This document shows positions 20,666-28,979 of a stretch of DNA of 64,000 nucleotides, piece by piece. This stretch comes from an uncultured Chloroflexia bacterium (GTDB taxonomy: Bacteria > Chloroflexota > Anaerolineae > Anaerolineales > Anaerolineaceae): NCBI GenBank assembly GCA_963802095.1, contig CAWDHI010000006.1, positions 92,302 through 156,301 of the forward strand. Reading direction: 5' to 3'. Under the pieces are notes generated by a model that worked only from the letters and a program-made list of their open reading frames with translations, was not told where the DNA came from and searched no databases. The translations under genes and the position numbers were made by a program. Positions within the stretch are counted from its first letter, which is position 1; every line of letters begins with the position of its first letter.

Positions 20666-21751
20666 ATGAGCGACCAGCAGATCGAGTTAACCGCGGGGGA
20701 ATCCCCCGCATCCGCGCCGGTAAAGAGTGGAGGCAATCGTTTTCTGGAAGAGCTGCTCTGGCTGGTGATGGGATTGGTGCTGCCTGCCGGCAGCTTCACC
20801 TTCTATAAGAAGGCTGCAAAGCGCAGCGCGGGCTGGGCGGTGCTGTTCTTTCTCCTGTTTGCAAGCGCCCTGGCGGTAACCTCCGCGCTGGCGTTCAACC
20901 GCCAGGTGGATACCGCCGTGACGGACATTGAAAAAGAGCTGACGAAAATGGTCTTCCCGGCCATCACCGTGCGGAATGGGGTGGCTACTGCCAAGGGACC
21001 GCAGCCGTATACGATCTACGGCAGCGACAGGGAGATCTTCGCCATTGATACCACCGGCAAGATCCAGGAGATCGACCGGACGCGCTACCGTGCTGGCTTC
21101 CTGCTCACCCGCGATGGCATCCAGGTGGTGGACAACAACGGCCGCGACCAGTGGATCGGCTGGGCGGATGTGCAGGCGATGGCCAGGCAGGATCCGCTGG
21201 TGATCGACAAGGATGCCATTTTGGGCTGGATTGACATCCTCCTGGGTTACATCAAGGCGGCGGCACTGGGGGGCATCTGGCTGTGGGAGGTGCTGGGGCG
21301 GATGATGATCCTTCTGGTGATCGCGCTGATCCTGTGGGGCATTGGCGCGCTCGTCAAGCCCGGAACTGGTTTTGGTCACGTCCTGGCGGTGGGCATCTAT
21401 ACCTACGTGCCGGCGGTCTATCTCAACTTCATCCTCAACCAGGCCGGGGCGAAATTCCCCTTTAAACTCAGCCTGGGACACACCCTGTTCTGGGCGGTGA
21501 TACTGCTCTTTACGCTGGATGTATTCGGCAAGCGCGGGCTTTCCCGCGAACGTCCAATCCGAGCCTGGCGGGTGTTGATCGGTATTCCGGCGCTGATCCT
21601 CATGCCGCTGCAGGCGGTGCAGGGCTGGGAGAGCGGCGTAGCCTGGTCTGTGATCGCCTGGGGGGTGATGGAGATCGCGCTGCTGGCGGTCGGCCTTAAG
21701 GGCGTGCTTGTCCAGCCGCCGGAGCCGGTGGAACCTCCACCAACCCCCTGA
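20666..21751 (+). CDS. hypothetical polytopic membrane protein
   Basis: MSDQQIELTAG... 361 aa with about 7 hydrophobic helices and a Pro-rich tail. No confident family call. Confidence 0.5.
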   Translation: MSDQQIELTAGESPASAPVKSGGNRFLEELLWLVMGLVLPAGSFTFYKKAAKRSAGWAVLFFLLFASALAVTSALAFNRQVDTAVTDIEKELTKMVFPAITVRNGVATAKGPQPYTIYGSDREIFAIDTTGKIQEIDRTRYRAGFLLTRDGIQVVDNNGRDQWIGWADVQAMARQDPLVIDKDAILGWIDILLGYIKAAALGGIWLWEVLGRMMILLVIALILWGIGALVKPGTGFGHVLAVGIYTYVPAVYLNFILNQAGAKFPFKLSLGHTLFWAVILLFTLDVFGKRGLSRERPIRAWRVLIGIPALILMPLQAVQGWESGVAWSVIAWGVMEIALLAVGLKGVLVQPPEPVEPPPTP

Positions 21752-21757
21752 TAAAAA

Positions 21758-21783
21758 ATAAAGCGCAGGCAACTGCGCTTTAT
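21758..21783. terminator. bidirectional intrinsic terminator (11-bp stem ATAAAGCGCAG/CTGCGCTTTAT, GCAA loop)
   Basis: Perfect hairpin between convergent genes, A-run upstream and T-rich downstream. Confidence 0.7.
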
Positions 21784-22523
21784 TGATTAATTCCGGGATC
21801 CCCGGCGGGAGGGGCCTCCTTGCGGCGTTTGACCGATCTTTCCTGCAGGTCGCGGCTTATGTTATTAGCCAGGGTAACTGCCTTACGGCATTTCTCCACA
21901 CGGGCACGGATATCGGGAACCTCCACCTCGATCTCAGGGTTGGCATTGACCAAATGGTCCAGATGGTCCAATGCACGGGGATCTGCTGCATTTTTCTCTA
22001 CCGCAAAGATGAAATTATCCACCGCATCCGAAAGATTCCCCTGACCCTCTAGCGCGATCGCGAGATTCTTGAAGGCATTGTGACGGTCGGGGTTGATCCG
22101 GATCGCCTCGCGGCAAAACGGTTCCGCCTCCGCGTGGCGCTTGAAAATATTCAGGCAGTAACCCAGGTTGTTGTTCAGGAAATACCAGGTATCATTTTCC
22201 TCACGGGCAAGGGGTTGTGCCCGCGCATAGAAAGCGAGCGCGGATTCATACACATCCAGTTTTTCCATAAATGCACCAAGCTGAAGAAGATGGAGAGCGC
22301 TTTCCTGGGCATTGCCATCCACCAGGATCAATCGACCAATCAGGGGATCGGCAAGGTCGTGGCGATTATCGAGACCATAAGAGATAATCAGTTCGATCAG
22401 CGCGCCAACGAGGCTGGCTTGCTTCTTTTGAAGGTCCTCCAGTTGGGAAATCTCGATAGGCGTTCCGGCAAACGGGAACCTGCCAGGAGCAGAGGGGGGT
22501 GGGACTTTGATCTGAAAATCCAT
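21780..22523 (-). CDS. tetratricopeptide (TPR) repeat protein
   Basis: ...ALAFYARAQPL...NNNLGYCLNIFKRHAEAEPFCREAIRINPDRHNAFKNLAIALEGQGNLSDAVDNF... shows TPR periodicity. Confidence 0.7.
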   Translation of the reverse strand: MDFQIKVPPPSAPGRFPFAGTPIEISQLEDLQKKQASLVGALIELIISYGLDNRHDLADPLIGRLILVDGNAQESALHLLQLGAFMEKLDVYESALAFYARAQPLAREENDTWYFLNNNLGYCLNIFKRHAEAEPFCREAIRINPDRHNAFKNLAIALEGQGNLSDAVDNFIFAVEKNAADPRALDHLDHLVNANPEIEVEVPDIRARVEKCRKAVTLANNISRDLQERSVKRRKEAPPAGDPGINQ

Positions 22524-22611
22524 TCAATTCTCCTTGTTTGATTTTTTGTTCCGTTGAACCGAATATTTGGTAATTTCACCTCCTGAATTATAGAACCGGA
22601 TGTCTAACCGG

Positions 22612-22642
22612 GTAAAAAAAAACCCCGGAAAATCGGGGTTTG
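22612..22642 (-). terminator. intrinsic terminator (AACCCCG-loop-CGGGGTT followed by a T run on the minus strand)
   Basis: The minus strand reads CCAAACCCCGATTTTCCGGGGTTTTTTTTTACC. Lies ~240 nt downstream of the 22884 gene end. Confidence 0.65.
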
Positions 22643-22749
22643 GAATGCTTATAGGGGTGCCAGTTGGCAGTTTTGATCTAAATTTTGAGGATCCTGACGC
22701 CCTTGAAATCACGCGACCATCACTATAGCATATTGCGGACACGATTTCA

Positions 22750-22799
22750 AGAGGCTGTTGCTCCCTGTTATTTAAAATTCAACAGAGGCTGTTGCTCCC
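22750..22799. repeat. two direct copies of AGAGGCTGTTGCTCCC, 34 nt apart
   Basis: 22750-22765 and 22784-22799 are identical 16-mers. The second is embedded in a CAACAG-AGG-CTGTTG hairpin. Confidence 0.5.
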
Positions 22800-22883
22800 C
22801 GATCGGGTTTGCGGTACCAGTCTCATCCAGTGTGTTTCACCCGTTTGAAGAATGTCCCCGAACGATGATAGCGGGAGACCGGG

Positions 22884-23411
22884 TTATTTTCGGATCTTCA
22901 GGTACCCGCCCTGGTAGGCGACTCCCAACCCGGCGAGGGCCAGGGTGAGCAGGGTGCCCGCCGCCCCATTCAGGAATGGCATCCAGATGGTCAGCCCACG
23001 GGTGACGAGCAGCCCGCCGATGAGCCCAGCCAGGATGAGCACAGCCCAGTTCTTGAACTTTTGAACGAGGATGAACCCCGCCACCCCGCCGGCTGCCACC
23101 AGGAACCATCCCAGCAGGCCAATCTGGAGCGTAAAAAGCTCCAGAAAACCAAGCACGATCCCGGCGCCAGCAAGCACACCCAGAACCAGGATGACGATGT
23201 TGATGATGCCCTTGGCGAACGAGACCGCGAAGAACCCGATCACGCCAAGGAGCAGGGGGACGATGATGAGCGTGAAGGGGTCTGAGGCACCGGGGAAGAG
23301 CGCGACGAGCGCCACACCGAGCAGCGCGCCTACCGCTGCGCCAAGGACGGAGAGCCGTTTGCCCAGGATCAGGACAACCAGGCCGATTGCGATCACAAGA
23401 ACTGGATACAT
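22884..23411 (-). CDS. hypothetical polytopic membrane protein (Gly/Ala/Leu-rich, about 6 TM)
   Basis: 175-aa intact ORF, almost entirely hydrophobic. Confidence 0.55.
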   Translation of the reverse strand: MYPVLVIAIGLVVLILGKRLSVLGAAVGALLGVALVALFPGASDPFTLIIVPLLLGVIGFFAVSFAKGIINIVILVLGVLAGAGIVLGFLELFTLQIGLLGWFLVAAGGVAGFILVQKFKNWAVLILAGLIGGLLVTRGLTIWMPFLNGAAGTLLTLALAGLGVAYQGGYLKIRK

Positions 23412-23462
23412 GTTTTTTCCTCCGTTAAGTTTGCCGAGAATTTAAAACAGATTTAGTAGATC

Positions 23463-24584
23463 TCATTTGCGATCCTTCGCTTCCGGATTCCAGGGGGAGG
23501 TGAAGGTCGTTTTGGTCTTCCCCCACAGGTCCTTTACCTGCCGCATCGCCTGGGTTCGTTCTTCTTTCTCCCCCTCCCCGGTATTACGCAGGAGGGTGGA
23601 GATCGGCCGGGTGGCCGGGAACTGCTCCATGATCGTTATCACGAGGAGCGTCAGGGGAACCGAGAGAATGGCGCCAATGCCGCCCAGCAGGAACCCCCAG
23701 AAGAACAAACCGACGAAAATCACCAGCGGGCTGATCTTTAAGCCCTTCCCCGCCACCCTGGGTTTGAGAAGAAGCTCCACGCCGCCATTGATCACAACAT
23801 AACCGACAAATACGATGACCGCTGTCCGGATGCCATACTGGGCGTAGGCCATCAGCACGGGTGGGATGAGCGCGACCCAGAACCCGATGGAGGGGATATA
23901 GCCCATGAACCAGGAGAGCAACCCCCAGAGCAGGGCGTAATCGACCCCCAGAAGCGTCAGGAAGATGGTATTCCCCAAAGCGACCAGGAAGTTGATGCCA
24001 GTCAGGATGGTCATGTAGTGCTGCACACCCCCGGTCAACTGGCTGATGCGCCCGACGACCGGTGCGTTGGGGTCGATCTCCTTGCGGGTTTTCTTATCCA
24101 GGTTCATCGCGGCAGCGATCATAAAGAAGAAGATTGCCAGGGCGAGAACGAATTGGGTGATGATGGTCAGTGTGGCCGAGATCGCTCCCTCGGCGAGAGG
24201 TCCCAATTGCGCGGTCGCCTCAGTGATATTGATGGTGGTTGAAGCGAAGGGGTCGAGGGGGTTGGTGCCGGAGGTCTCAACGCTGGGCTGGGCGAGCAAT
24301 GCCGGCAGCTCGGTGGAAAGTTTCGTCACAGAAAAGAAAACAGTTCCGATTACCAGAAGGAGAACGGCAACCACCAGCAGGATGGCTGCTGCCATCGCCA
24401 GACCGCGCTTCCAGCCCTTGCGCACAAGGTACCCGGGGAGGGGAAGGACGGTGATGGTGATGACGACAGCGAGCAGGACGGGGTTGAGAACGGCGGAGAG
24501 CGCCTGGACGCCGAACATGATGACGACCACGGCAGCGATCCCCACCAGATAAAGCACCAGCTTTCCGGAAGAACTGTTCATCAT
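23463..24584 (-). CDS. AI-2E family (PerM/YhhT-like) transporter
   Basis: About 8 TM. ...GYIPSIGFWVALIPPVLMAY... and ...ISPLVIFVGLFFWGFLLGGIGAILSVPLT... are typical of AI-2E transporters. ATG at 24584 preferred over the TTG at 24638. Confidence 0.75.
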   Translation of the reverse strand: MMNSSSGKLVLYLVGIAAVVVIMFGVQALSAVLNPVLLAVVITITVLPLPGYLVRKGWKRGLAMAAAILLVVAVLLLVIGTVFFSVTKLSTELPALLAQPSVETSGTNPLDPFASTTINITEATAQLGPLAEGAISATLTIITQFVLALAIFFFMIAAAMNLDKKTRKEIDPNAPVVGRISQLTGGVQHYMTILTGINFLVALGNTIFLTLLGVDYALLWGLLSWFMGYIPSIGFWVALIPPVLMAYAQYGIRTAVIVFVGYVVINGGVELLLKPRVAGKGLKISPLVIFVGLFFWGFLLGGIGAILSVPLTLLVITIMEQFPATRPISTLLRNTGEGEKEERTQAMRQVKDLWGKTKTTFTSPWNPEAKDRK

Positions 24585-24750
24585 CGCAAGATCCCTTCCC
24601 TGAAAATCCCGGCCGTATTTGCCCGGGAGTGATTCCAAAGATTAATTATAGCCGCAACCGGGAGGTGAAGCGAAGTCGAAAAATTGCCGCTGTTGGAGGT
24701 GTACCTCTCCCCAACCCTCTTCTTTTCAAAGGGGAGGAAGAATTAGATGA

Positions 24751-24814
24751 TGAGTGCGAAGAGGCTCGAATATCAAACCCCGGAGCGTGCCCTTATCCAA
24801 TGGTTTAATAGGTC
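24751..24814 (-). repeat. degenerate copy of the 3' half of tRNA-Lys (att-like direct repeat)
   Basis: tgagTgcgaagAggctcgaa (18/20 match to 26670-26689), a 19-nt insertion, then cccttaTccaatggTttaaTaggTc (21/25 match to 26690-26714). Confidence 0.5.
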
Positions 24815-24868
24815 TTTTCACGACAAAGGGACAATTCCAAAGCAGAAATTATGGAAACCCTTCAATAA

Positions 24869-25063
24869 GTGCAAAGGACTAACGAGCAAGATGATTATCT
24901 CACCACTTGGTTAGCGCAGTTCCTGGTAGACAGAAAAGCTCGAAGTTTCAGTCCCAATACATTTAGCCTTTATAAAGTGAAGCGATCTATCTTTTGTAAG
25001 TACTCTGATCTTTTATCTTGTGTTGACAATCCCTTTCTAGCAGATTACAATTTTCCGCTTTAA
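24869..25063 (+). pseudogene. tyrosine recombinase/integrase N-terminal (SAM-like domain) remnant
   Basis: ...WLAQFLVDRKARSFSPNTFSLYK... resembles the integrase N-terminal core-binding motif. Only 64 codons, and the catalytic domain is absent. Confidence 0.4.
25023..25051 (+). promoter_or_regulatory. near-consensus sigma70 promoter TTGACA-17-TACAAT for the triple-RidA gene
   Basis: TTGACA at 25023-25028, 17-nt spacer, TACAAT at 25046-25051, 56 nt upstream of the ATG. Confidence 0.55.
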
Positions 25064-25106
25064 AAATATATCTGCAAATAAATTTATCAAAAAGGATAAT
25101 GCAATC

Positions 25107-26378
25107 ATGAGCGGTTATAACGCAGTATTAGCAAGAAATACGGAAAATGCTCCAAAAGGTATCGGTCCGTATTCACAAACTGTAGCTTTCTCTCATTACA
25201 ATAATCTTTCAGCTCAATTACCTATCGATCCAAAAACTGGTAAATTGGTCGCTGGTGGTGTAAAAGAGCAGGCTGAACAGTGCTTTAAAAATATCAAGGC
25301 AATTGTAAACAGCATCGACCATGTTATGAGCGATGTTGTTAGAATCACAGTATTTGTAAAGAATATCAAAGATATTGACGCTGTTGACGAAGTATATAAA
25401 ACATACTTCCCAAGCTATGTTCCTGCACGGACGATGGTCGCAGTTGCAGCTTTGCCTATGGATGCTTTGGTGCAAATCGAAGCACTTGTTTCAAACGGAG
25501 AAGGCACAATTCCGAACGCACCACAAGCTGGCGATCTCATAAAGCTTACAAATAACACGGCAAATGCGCCAACAAGTCCTCTATCTACACAAACTGTAGC
25601 TTTTTCTCATTACAATAATCTTTCAGCTCAATTACCTGTTGATCCAAAATCTGGTAGAGTGGTGGCCGGTGGAGTAAAAGAGCAGGCTGAACAGTGCCTG
25701 AAGAATATCAAGGCAATTTTGGAAAGCATCGACGTTCCTTTTGACGATATTGTTAAAATTAATATCTTCCTTAAAAACATTTCGGATATCGAAGCCGTAA
25801 ATGAAGTTTATAAAACATTTTTCCCGGATTCTGCTATCGCCAGGGCAGCAGCCTATGTCCCTGCGCGGACAACAATTGCAGCTTCAGCCTTACCTATGGG
25901 TGCTTTGGTACAAATTGAAGCAGTAGTGTCACATGGAGATGGTACACCTCCACAGGCTGTTGAAGACAGGCATGGAATCATAATAGAAGCAAACAATACA
26001 GAAAATGCACCAAGAAGTTCTCTATATACTCAAACTGTAGCCTTTTCTCATTACAACCATATTTCAGCTCAGTTACCCTTAGACTCAAAAACCGATGAAA
26101 TGGTGACTGGTGGAGTAAAAGAGCAGGCTGGACAGTGCTTAAAAAATATCAAGGCAATTGTAGAAAGTGTCGACCACGTTATGGGTGATGTAGTTAAAGT
26201 AAATATCTTCCTTAAAAATATCGAAGATATTGATGCTGTAGACGAAGTTTACACAACATTCTTCCCTGGCGGTGTACCTGCCCGAAGAACAGTTGGCGTA
26301 TCAGCGCTACCTAAAGATGCTTTAGTCCAAATTGATGCAGTTGTCTCAAATGCTGAAGGAACACCTCGAAAAGCATAA
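25107..26378 (+). CDS. triple-domain RidA/YjgF/TdcF (endoribonuclease L-PSP) family protein: three tandem Rid domains in one chain
   Basis: Three ~125-aa units (about nt 25125-25499, 25539-25937, 25977-26354), each with ...QTVAFSHYN..SAQLP.D...GGVKEQA.QC.KNIKAI...VPAR....ALP..ALVQI.A... Low GC. Confidence 0.85.
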   Translation: MSGYNAVLARNTENAPKGIGPYSQTVAFSHYNNLSAQLPIDPKTGKLVAGGVKEQAEQCFKNIKAIVNSIDHVMSDVVRITVFVKNIKDIDAVDEVYKTYFPSYVPARTMVAVAALPMDALVQIEALVSNGEGTIPNAPQAGDLIKLTNNTANAPTSPLSTQTVAFSHYNNLSAQLPVDPKSGRVVAGGVKEQAEQCLKNIKAILESIDVPFDDIVKINIFLKNISDIEAVNEVYKTFFPDSAIARAAAYVPARTTIAASALPMGALVQIEAVVSHGDGTPPQAVEDRHGIIIEANNTENAPRSSLYTQTVAFSHYNHISAQLPLDSKTDEMVTGGVKEQAGQCLKNIKAIVESVDHVMGDVVKVNIFLKNIEDIDAVDEVYTTFFPGGVPARRTVGVSALPKDALVQIDAVVSNAEGTPRKA

Positions 26379-26605
26379 CTGGTATTGGTAAAAAAACCAG
26401 AACTATCAAAGTTACTTGTGTATATCGACGGTTAAATTATTGGAAATAATGAAATGATGATAAAAACCTTAGCGATAATTAATGCCTCACAATAATTATC
26501 AAAAAGACGAAGAGATGTGTGAGCCAAAAGAGGGTGGTTGAGACCGAACTGTTTTGGCTCGCCGCTCAACGGTTGGAGTAGTGGACTGTAACCCATTTAT
26601 CGAAA

Positions 26606-26644
26606 TTTAAAAGTGCAAAGGGCTATTAATAAATAGCCCTTTGC
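26606..26644 (-). terminator. intrinsic terminator downstream of tRNA-Lys (11-bp stem GCAAAGGGCTA/TAGCCCTTTGC)
   Basis: Perfect stem 26615-26625/26634-26644, followed on the minus strand by ACTTTTAAATTT. Confidence 0.6.
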
Positions 26645-26669
26645 CTGAAAAACCAATAGTAATTAGCTG

Positions 26670-26741
26670 TGAGCGCGAAGGGGCTCGAACCCTTAACCAA
26701 TGGCTTAAAAGGCCACTGCTCTACCATTGAGCTACGCGCCC
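26670..26741 (-). tRNA. tRNA-Lys (anticodon UUU)
   Basis: I folded it by hand: acceptor GGGCGCG/CGCGCTC (one G-U), D arm GCTC/GAGC, anticodon arm GTGGC-CTTTTAA-GCCAT, T arm AAGGG-TTCGAGC-CCCTT, discriminator A. CCA is not encoded. Confidence 0.9.
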
Positions 26742-26867
26742 AAACGGTTCCCATTTTATCATAGCATCCCAAAAAACTGTAAGCAGATTGGAAAGTCCCG
26801 CCGCTATCCCCCGCAGCCAGGTGTGGTTATAATCTTATGAGGTACATTCCCTCCAGGAGAATATTCG

Positions 26868-28928
26868 ATGGAGCTAGTTCCTGATTTTGTACTCAAAGAA
26901 CGCTACCAGATAATCCGCAACCTGGGTCGTGGCGGCATGGGCGCGGTCTACCTTGCGCATGATACCGTCCTGGACCATGTGGTGGCCGTCAAGGTCAACC
27001 ACAGCCCGGCGGAGGATGCCGAGGAGCAGTTCCTCAAGGAAGCCCGCCTTCTGGCAGCGCTGCGCCATCCAACCTTGCCGCGGGTGACCGATTACTTTAT
27101 CCTTGGCGAGGAGCAGTACCTGGTGATGGATTACATCCCGGGGGATTCCTTTGATGTGATTCTCAAAGAGGATGGCATCCAGCCGATGGAGATGGTGATG
27201 CAGTGGGCTCAGCAGCTCGGCTCGGCCATCAGCTACCTGCACCACCAGAAGCCGCCGGTCATCCACCGCGACATCAAGCCCGCCAATATTAAGCTGATGC
27301 CCACGGGCGAGGTGATCCTGGTGGATTTCGGGATCGCCAAGGTCTCTGATGGAACCAACGCCACCACAGCCGGGGCGCAGGGGTTCACCCCCGGATACTC
27401 TCCTCCTGAGCAATACGGCGGCGCGCACACCGGGCCTTATTCCGATCAATACTCCCTGGCTGCAACGCTCTACCAACTGCTCACCAACCACCAGCCGGAG
27501 GACGGGCTACAGCGATTGATGGGTACGGCGGTGCTGGCACCCATGAAGGTGCTGAACCCGGCGGTACCGGAGGGAATGCAAATAGTGATCGAACGGGCGA
27601 TGGCGCCCAAGCCGGAGGATCGCTACCCCAGCACGGATGCTTTCCTGAAGGCGCTCACACCCTACACTTCGCAAACGCTGATGGTAAAACCGGAATATGA
27701 GCGGCCGGGCAAGGGCGATGTTCCCCCACCGGGCACCCCCCAACCCGTGGGGGAAAAACCGGGCAGGAAGTTTCCGTGGTGGGTGCTGGTGATCGCAGGC
27801 GTGGTGCTGTTCGGCGTGATCGCTGGAGGCCTTGCGCTGTTCGGCGGTGGCAGGACGGCAACCCCGTCACCTGGCGGTAGTTCGGGAGATGCGCTGGCCA
27901 CCTCGGTGGCAGCCACGCTCACACAGGCAGCCGATTTGGTGAAACCGCAGGAAACATCCGCACCAACCGTGCAGGAAACCGAAGCTCCTGCGATACCCTC
28001 AGAACCCACCCCCACGCAGGAGCAGCCCACGACCGGCCCCAACCTGGTTGGGGAGGGCGGTTATATCGCCTACATCAGCAATAAAGGTTCCGACAAGATC
28101 TACCAGGTCTGGCTGATGAAGGTGGCTCTGGATAATAGCGGGGTCTTCCAGGTGGTGGAGGATAAACAGCTGACCACCGATGCGGGCGATAAAAGCTTTC
28201 CAGCCTGGTCGCCGGATGGCAAAAAGCTGCTCTACTCCGCGCCGAGCGGGGGGCGGACACTTGGGATCGACATTTGGATGCTCGAGCTCGAAAAACCCGA
28301 AAAACCGGCTGTCAACCTATCCCAGCACCAGGGCGAGGATACCCAGGCAGCCTGGTCTCCTGATGGAAACCTGATCACCTTTACCAACCGCGGCGCGAAC
28401 GGAAACGACCTGCGGCAGCTCTATTTGATGAACTCGGATGGGACGAACATCCAGCGCCTCAGCCTGGAGTTCCAGGAGTTCTCACCCACCTGGTCGCCAG
28501 ACCAGCTCTACCTGGCATATGTGATCTCAGCCTCCAGCCATTACATCATGTACCTGCGCACCGCGGCGGATGGCTACGCCTCCCCGGTCAAGTTCGATAC
28601 GCAGGAGGTCCTGGGCAGGCAGGGGGATGTGGCCGACCCGGCCTGGTCACCGGATGGGGATCTGATCGCCTACGTGCGCATGGAAGGAGCCAGTCGCAAT
28701 ATATTCCTGACGCGGTTTTCCGACCGGGGCAGCCGCAACATCCCCATCACCCAAACGGGCAGGGATACAGAACCGGCGTTCTCCGATGATGGACAGTGGA
28801 TCGCCTTCACCTCGGGCAGGGATAGCTCCAAGGATATTTTTGTGATGAACACAGCGGGGAACATGCAGACCAACCTGACGAACAGCCCGGCGGTTGAGCA
28901 AATGCCCGCCTGGCAGCCGGTTCCCTGA
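26868..28928 (+). CDS. Ser/Thr protein kinase with TM segment and C-terminal PD40/TolB-like beta-propeller
   Basis: GRGGMGAVYLA...VAVK, HRDIKPANIKL, DFGIAK. TM WWVLVIAGVVLFGVIAGGLALF. Repeats ...PAWSPDGKKLLYS, AAWSPDGNLITFT, PAWSPDGDLIAYV, PAFSDDGQWIAFTS. Confidence 0.9.
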   Translation: MELVPDFVLKERYQIIRNLGRGGMGAVYLAHDTVLDHVVAVKVNHSPAEDAEEQFLKEARLLAALRHPTLPRVTDYFILGEEQYLVMDYIPGDSFDVILKEDGIQPMEMVMQWAQQLGSAISYLHHQKPPVIHRDIKPANIKLMPTGEVILVDFGIAKVSDGTNATTAGAQGFTPGYSPPEQYGGAHTGPYSDQYSLAATLYQLLTNHQPEDGLQRLMGTAVLAPMKVLNPAVPEGMQIVIERAMAPKPEDRYPSTDAFLKALTPYTSQTLMVKPEYERPGKGDVPPPGTPQPVGEKPGRKFPWWVLVIAGVVLFGVIAGGLALFGGGRTATPSPGGSSGDALATSVAATLTQAADLVKPQETSAPTVQETEAPAIPSEPTPTQEQPTTGPNLVGEGGYIAYISNKGSDKIYQVWLMKVALDNSGVFQVVEDKQLTTDAGDKSFPAWSPDGKKLLYSAPSGGRTLGIDIWMLELEKPEKPAVNLSQHQGEDTQAAWSPDGNLITFTNRGANGNDLRQLYLMNSDGTNIQRLSLEFQEFSPTWSPDQLYLAYVISASSHYIMYLRTAADGYASPVKFDTQEVLGRQGDVADPAWSPDGDLIAYVRMEGASRNIFLTRFSDRGSRNIPITQTGRDTEPAFSDDGQWIAFTSGRDSSKDIFVMNTAGNMQTNLTNSPAVEQMPAWQPVP

Positions 28929-28947
28929 TAACCCGACTGATAAAAGA

Positions 28948-28974
28948 AAAACATCCCGGGAGGGATGTTTTTTG
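28948..28974. terminator. bidirectional intrinsic terminator (AAAACATCCC-GGGA-GGGATGTTTT)
   Basis: 10-bp perfect stem between the convergent kinase and lysS genes, with a T-run downstream and an A-run upstream. Confidence 0.7.
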
Positions 28975-28979
28975 TTGGA

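Larger units (their letters stand above)
24751..26741. mobile_element. decayed tRNA-Lys-associated integrative islet (att-like tRNA fragment, integrase remnant, low-GC cargo)
   Basis: Bounded by tRNA-Lys (26670-26741) and a degenerate same-orientation copy of its 3' half (24751-24814). Contains an integrase N-terminal fragment and an AT-rich cargo gene. Confidence 0.5.

Noticed and set aside
20687-21772. 361-aa minus-strand ORF
   Set aside because: Antisense to the polytopic membrane protein 20666-21751. The translation is hydrophilic, Arg/His/Gln-rich and motif-free, while the plus frame gives coherent TM helices and has a terminator.
24690-24745. CCTCTCCCC...GGGGAGG imperfect hairpin next to the tRNA fragment
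   Set aside because: The stem is short and imperfect with a long loop, no flanking T-run and no second copy in the window. It is not enough to call a terminator or repeat.
25107-26378. Triple RidA as an assembly artefact (tandem over-expansion)
   Set aside because: The three units differ substantially at both DNA and protein level, and one has an 8-codon insertion. A collapsed or duplicated repeat artefact would give near-identical copies.
26473-26560. AT-rich inverted repeat GATAATTA-11-TAATTATC and hairpin GAGCCAAAA-22-TTTTGGCTC inside the island
   Set aside because: Such palindromes arise easily in AT-rich DNA. There is no associated gene, no second copy and no clear position relative to a promoter or att core. 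Noted only as possible island debris.
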